Shown in pieces: positions 60,018-64,000 of a stretch of DNA of 64,000 nucleotides. How positions within the stretch are numbered: position 1 is the first letter of the stretch; every line of letters begins with the position of its first letter. The notes under the pieces are model-generated. The model ran no database searches, was not told the origin of the DNA, and saw nothing but the letters and a program-made list of their open reading frames with translations. Source of the stretch: an uncultured Candidatus Saccharibacteria bacterium (GTDB taxonomy: Bacteria; Patescibacteriota; Minisyncoccia; Minisyncoccales; Staskawiczbacteraceae). Made by a program: the position numbers and the translations under genes. The stretch is taken from NCBI GenBank assembly GCA_964483475.1, contig CAZAAH010000003.1, positions 142 through 64,141 of the forward strand, written 5' to 3'.

Positions 60018-60263
60018 TTATTGATCAAGTATTCTATCCAAAAGGTGACGACCCTGCCCTGATTTTAAAAATAACTCTCTTTTTCTAGCTTCTCCAAGTG
60101 TTTGATATTCTTCTTTATATACTAACTCCCACGGGGCTCTGCCTTTTGTATAACGACATTTCCCAATATTATGTTCAATTAATCTTTTATTTACATCTTT
60201 GGTAACGCCGACATATCTTGTTTTATAATTCAAACTTTTTAAAACATATACGAAACTATTCAT
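60018..60263 (-). CDS. Small GIY-YIG nuclease, 81 aa
   Basis: FVYVLKS....RYVG.T.D...RL.EHN.G...YTK...PWELVY.E...ARKRE..LKSG.GR. Confidence 0.92.
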   Translation of the reverse strand: MNSFVYVLKSLNYKTRYVGVTKDVNKRLIEHNIGKCRYTKGRAPWELVYKEEYQTLGEARKRELFLKSGQGRHLLDRILDQ

Positions 60264-60277
60264 TTTATTTTTAAAAA

Positions 60278-60370
60278 TTGGATTCTCCGCCGAAGGACGG
60301 ATGCGCCTTTGGCGCAGAACCAAGATAAATAGATCCAGAATCTATTGTCCTACCATTAGACGACCCGGCA
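60278..60370 (-). pseudogene. tRNA-Gln(CTG) 5' copy with a 31-nt T-loop insertion and no 3' acceptor strand
   Basis: TGCCGGGTCGTCTAATGGTAGGAC...CTTGGTTC[TGCGCCAAAGGCGCATCCGTCCTTCGGCGGA]GAATCCAA. Confidence 0.85.
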
Positions 60371-60501
60371 GCTTTGGCAACGAACTAAATTTATTTTAAA
60401 TACTAAATTATAACAGGAATTACAATCTAAGTCAAAGAAATTTTATTTAAAAAAAGAACCCATCTTGCTATTGCTTGAAGGGCTTTAATTTGCTGATAAT
60501 T

Positions 60502-60909
60502 TTACTTTAGCAAATTTTTTCGGCATCGAGGACATATATACGCTTCTTCTGGCGACCCAAGAACAATCAAATCACTAAACATTTTACAATCCTCGCAAAA
60601 TAGCCGACTTGCTGGCAATGACTCTCGTCCGCATTCGGGACACTTATTGTCTCCTTCCTCAACTTTCTCAAAGAACTTCTCTCCATGGACCGGACAAATA
60701 ACGCGGCTTACTTTTAAACAACTAATGCTACCATCCTCTTCTTTCTTAATCGAAAAAAAATAATCGACATCTTTTCCTTTTGGAACTAGAACGCCTCCCT
60801 CCATTTGAGTTACCGTTTGCATAACCGGGTTATTTCCCGATTTGCTACAACCCAGTAAAACAAACAAGGCAGTGAGAATTGTGAAATGTCTCACGGGTAC
60901 ATCCTCCAA
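60502..60909 (-). CDS. Hypothetical protein with lipobox-like N-terminus and multiple CxxC
   Basis: LFVLLGC; CPVH, CPEC, CEDC, CPRC. Confidence 0.65.
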   Translation of the reverse strand: MEDVPVRHFTILTALFVLLGCSKSGNNPVMQTVTQMEGGVLVPKGKDVDYFFSIKKEEDGSISCLKVSRVICPVHGEKFFEKVEEGDNKCPECGRESLPASRLFCEDCKMFSDLIVLGSPEEAYICPRCRKNLLK

Positions 60910-60978
60910 ATTGTAAAAGAGTCAGCAAAACACCGGTTTTAATTTTACAACCTTTAAAAGGTGTTGTCAATATCTCAT

Positions 60979-61009
60979 GTAAAAATGCCTGGGTGCCCAG
61001 GCATTTTTA
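60979..61009. terminator. Terminator
   Basis: GTAAAAATGCCTGGG-TG-CCCAGGCATTTTTAC. Confidence 0.75.
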
Positions 61010-61034
61010 CGCACGATATCATCAAAAAAATGAA

Positions 61035-62531
61035 CTATTCACTGGACGAAGGCGTGGGTTCAGTGGGGGTGGGCGATACAGGACCTATGTCACACATGTC
61101 TTTCTGTCCCGCCGGTGGGACCATACAATGATTTCCTCCTCCTCCTGGTTGCGGTGAGCATTTTTTATTTTTACAATCTAAGTGTGTCTTGCTATTACAT
61201 TCTAAATTATTATTACATTCAGGTTTTCCTGGCCCTGGCACTGGCTGACATACATATCCTCCTGATATTATAGATACACAATCTGCGTGAGTGGTATTAG
61301 TGCAATTACTATTTTGGCCAACGTTACACTTTGGACTACCGCTACCCGAAACACATTGATTACCATCGCAATGACCCTGTTCAAAACAATTTTTTTGACA
61401 TGCCGCGAGGGTAACGCCACTAGCAGATATAATACATTCAGGTTTTCCATCTTTATTAACACATGAGTAGTATTTTTTGGGTTGTGGAGGTGGTGGAGGT
61501 GGAAGTGGAAGTTTTGATTTTTGAAATAAAGCACCGAAGGGCGTAAACATTGACTTAAAGGGTTCTAAAAATAACTGTTTAAGTGTTGGTGATGACAAAG
61601 GGGGTGACGACGGAGGAGATGCCAACACGAGTGGTTTTAAATTATTTTTTTGTTGCAAAGAAGATGGAGTTGATGGGCGACGAGAGGAAGCCGACACAAT
61701 TGACGCGGTGTTTATAACGCATTCGTTAGTACCTCTCTTAATAGTTAAGTTTGTTAAGGTGCTTCCGTTGTCGCAGGTTGAATATTTTACAACCACGGGC
61801 AAAGAAGTTGTTATGCCGACACTGTAGACGCCAGGATTAATATTGTTAATAGTAGTCGACGATGATCCGGTTACAAGATTTCTCTGAAGAGGAGCTGACT
61901 TTAAGGCATCATTTGAATAATTGTATGTTTCATTATAATAAACCATTCCTCCACTTGTTTGGCCTGATGTTGAAGTGGTAGTAGTGGTGGTAGTGGAAGA
62001 TTGTGTGGTTGATGTTTGTGAAGATTGTAATTGAATCCCTGATGTTTCGCTTAAAGGGGTGGGAGGTGGTGGGGACGGCGGAGGTGATGACAGTACAACA
62101 ATCGTAAGAGAGCCGGTTGAAGTATCACCGCCTCCAGTAGATTCAGCGGGGTTTCCTCCATTACCTGTGAAGTTATAGCAACAAACTGGCGAGCTAGGAT
62201 CTGGGCAAGTTCCACTTCCAACCTTTCCTCCAGATGAAGTGCATGCTTCGTTTGAAGATACGCATGATTGGCCTAAGGAGGAGTTATTACAGTTGTTAGG
62301 AATAATATCAGGGGCGCAACAAATATAGTTCGTAGAAATGCCATCAGGACTGCAATTGCCAACCGAATGATATCCCGAGGAACAAACAAAGCCGCTACAA
62401 ATCTGTCCTGGACCATCGCATGGAATCACTCCATCTTGGGCGGCAACTGGAGTTGCAAAGTGAATTTGCAGCGTTAAAGCAAAAACTAAAATTGCAATGA
62501 GTAAAACAATCTTTGAAAAATATTTTTTCAT
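61035..62531 (-). CDS. Secreted Cys-rich, Ser/Thr/Pro-linker protein
   Basis: Signal peptide (AAQ cleavage), Cys-rich N- and C-terminal modules. Confidence 0.8.
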   Translation of the reverse strand: MKKYFSKIVLLIAILVFALTLQIHFATPVAAQDGVIPCDGPGQICSGFVCSSGYHSVGNCSPDGISTNYICCAPDIIPNNCNNSSLGQSCVSSNEACTSSGGKVGSGTCPDPSSPVCCYNFTGNGGNPAESTGGGDTSTGSLTIVVLSSPPPSPPPPTPLSETSGIQLQSSQTSTTQSSTTTTTTTSTSGQTSGGMVYYNETYNYSNDALKSAPLQRNLVTGSSSTTINNINPGVYSVGITTSLPVVVKYSTCDNGSTLTNLTIKRGTNECVINTASIVSASSRRPSTPSSLQQKNNLKPLVLASPPSSPPLSSPTLKQLFLEPFKSMFTPFGALFQKSKLPLPPPPPPQPKKYYSCVNKDGKPECIISASGVTLAACQKNCFEQGHCDGNQCVSGSGSPKCNVGQNSNCTNTTHADCVSIISGGYVCQPVPGPGKPECNNNLECNSKTHLDCKNKKCSPQPGGGGNHCMVPPAGQKDMCDIGPVSPTPTEPTPSSSE

Positions 62532-62707
62532 AATTTTGAAATTTAAAATTATTACTTTATTTTATCAAAAAAAACAACCCACAGGTAGTTGAACCTGTGG
62601 ATAACTTCGATAAATTTAAAATTTCCAATTTTTAATTTTTAAAGAATGTTTAAATTTTTAAAAATTAGAAAAATATTTATAAAATTACAAAATTAAAAAT
62701 TATAAAA

Positions 62708-63622
62708 TTACTCATTAAGATATTTTCGCACTGCCAAAAAGCTGGAAATAACTCCAAATCCAACCCCCGAGGCCAGCTGGATTAAAATAATATACCAAAT
62801 ATTGGAAAGAAAACGGTCAAAAATATTAAATCCTGGAATAATAGAAGCCAATCCCGGCGACAAAAAATAAACCAATAGTATGGTTGTCAAAAAACAAATA
62901 ACAAAAGAAATAAAACCAAAAATGGCTCCCTCAAAAAGAAATGGGGCCCTTACAAACCAATTTGGAGCTCCAACCGCCCTCATAATTGCTATTTCTTCTT
63001 TTGATATGTAAATGACCAATCTCATCGTGTTGAATATAACGGTTACTGCAATCAAAAGAAAAATGGCGCCCAAAATAAGCCCAAATGTATTAATGTTTGA
63101 AGTGATAGAATATACTTTTTCGATGGTGTCTTTCTTTTGGGAAAAATCAACTTTTTCAACGATGTTGCTATACCTGTCGCTTTCTAAAATATTGGAAACT
63201 TGCTCGTACAGTGATGGCTTGCCCGTTGTAATAATATTTAAAGAAGGCAAAAATGGGTTGCCACCAACTTCGCCCAAAGCTTTTGAAAAAACATCATTTC
63301 CTTTGTTTTTTTCCGTAAATTCATTAAGTGCTTGTTCTTTTGAAACATAGGTGACTTGTTTTATTTCAGGAGATATTTTTAAAATTTCGTCTTTGACGTT
63401 TAAAATATCTTGCTCTGGAGTATCTTGCTTAAAGTAAGCGGTAATATCAATTTTATTTTGGACGCTCAAAATTAAAAAATGGCTTGCATCTTGAACCAGA
63501 AAAAGGCCGGTAATAATTAATGTTGTGACCGTTAAAACAAAAATTGCCGCCAAAGAAATCCCCTTGTTGCGATAAAAATCAGCTAAAGCGAAACTAAAAA
63601 CCCTTTTTAAATTTGTGAGCAT
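62708..63622 (-). CDS. ftsX: Cell division permease FtsX
   Basis: YVSKEQAL, NP..PSL, EIAIMRAVGA..WFVRAPFLFEG. Confidence 0.93.
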   Translation of the reverse strand: MLTNLKRVFSFALADFYRNKGISLAAIFVLTVTTLIITGLFLVQDASHFLILSVQNKIDITAYFKQDTPEQDILNVKDEILKISPEIKQVTYVSKEQALNEFTEKNKGNDVFSKALGEVGGNPFLPSLNIITTGKPSLYEQVSNILESDRYSNIVEKVDFSQKKDTIEKVYSITSNINTFGLILGAIFLLIAVTVIFNTMRLVIYISKEEIAIMRAVGAPNWFVRAPFLFEGAIFGFISFVICFLTTILLVYFLSPGLASIIPGFNIFDRFLSNIWYIILIQLASGVGFGVISSFLAVRKYLNE

Positions 63623-63754
63623 GCGACTGAAAGGAGCACCCCGCCCTCTAAGCTAATTTTTAGATGGTTAGGTGCTTTTTAATTTAATTGTTAATATTTA
63701 TAAATAAATTCTTCAATAACTGCATAGAGGGCTGGGTTTTCGTCGCTACGCTCC

Positions 63755-64000
63755 TCAAATTATGAACGCTCCTTTTGCCTCGTCCCTAATTATTTTACCA
63801 TTTTCTATGGTAATTACCCTCCTGCCCAGTTTATTGATAATTTCCCGGTCGTGGGTCAGCAATATTACCGTTGTCCCAACTTTGTTGATTTTTTCTAAAA
63901 TTGAAACAACTTCGTAGGCATTGTAGGGATCAAGATTCCCGGTTGGCTCGTCTGCAATAATAACATCGGGGTGGCTGACCAGGGCCCTGGCAAACGCCAG
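63755..64000 (-). CDS. ftsE: Cell division ATPase FtsE (3' part, runs off window)
   Basis: ARALVSHPDVIIADEPTGNLD...GTTVILLTH; upstream of ftsX. Confidence 0.9.
   Translation of the reverse strand: MAFARALVSHPDVIIADEPTGNLDPYNAYEVVSILEKINKVGTTVILLTHDREIINKLGRRVITIENGKIIRDEAKGAFII

Noticed and set aside
60264-60323. N-terminal extension MVLRQRRIRPSAENP of the GIY-YIG
   Set aside because: It is a read-through of the tRNA remnant and hairpin insert; ATG at 60263 matches the family start.
59869-60370. Spliceable tRNA intron or split tRNA joining the two Gln remnants
   Set aside because: The acceptor strands do not match (TGCCGGG versus TCCCGCA), both remnants carry the T-loop, and no group I/II or BHB features are visible.
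63625-63760. Possible IS200/IS605 end or REP remnant between ftsE and ftsX
   Set aside because: Only short GC-rich fragments (GCCCTCTA twice, GAGCGTAGCGAC); not enough to define an element.

Overview
Core-genome window of an AT-rich Patescibacteria/CPR bacterium, most likely Parcubacteria. This assignment is inferred from the lack of rpmD in the spc block, the lack of rimM between khpA and trmD, a C-terminally short AlaRS, a truncated ATP synthase epsilon and CPR-type small proteins; the genetic code is standard code 11. Most genes are on the minus strand: ftsEX, the F0F1 atp operon, gdh, tgt, sod, large surface proteins with a two-component pair, the str/S10/spc ribosomal cluster, secY-adk-map, tpiA, a decayed pyrF-pyrE pair, alaS, rnhB-rpmF-nusB-rnc-rpsP-khpA-trmD, four tRNAs and rpmG. 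Two unexplained architectures stand out. (1) A ~3-kb island between rpsP and khpA has its own consensus promoter and terminator. Five orphan ORFs in it are each preceded by a conserved long stem (CCUUUCUUUCA...UGAAAGAAGGG, four clear copies and one degenerate), with shared leader modules and a hammerhead-ribozyme-like fold. (2) At two independent tRNA loci a small GIY-YIG nuclease gene abuts an intact tRNA, and partial tRNA copies nearby have their T-loops interrupted at the same position by 30-35 nt double hairpins. Short-period (7-9 nt) palindromic repeats and REP-like elements fill gene junctions and enter coding sequences. All calls are from reading the sequence and recalled family knowledge; no searches were run.
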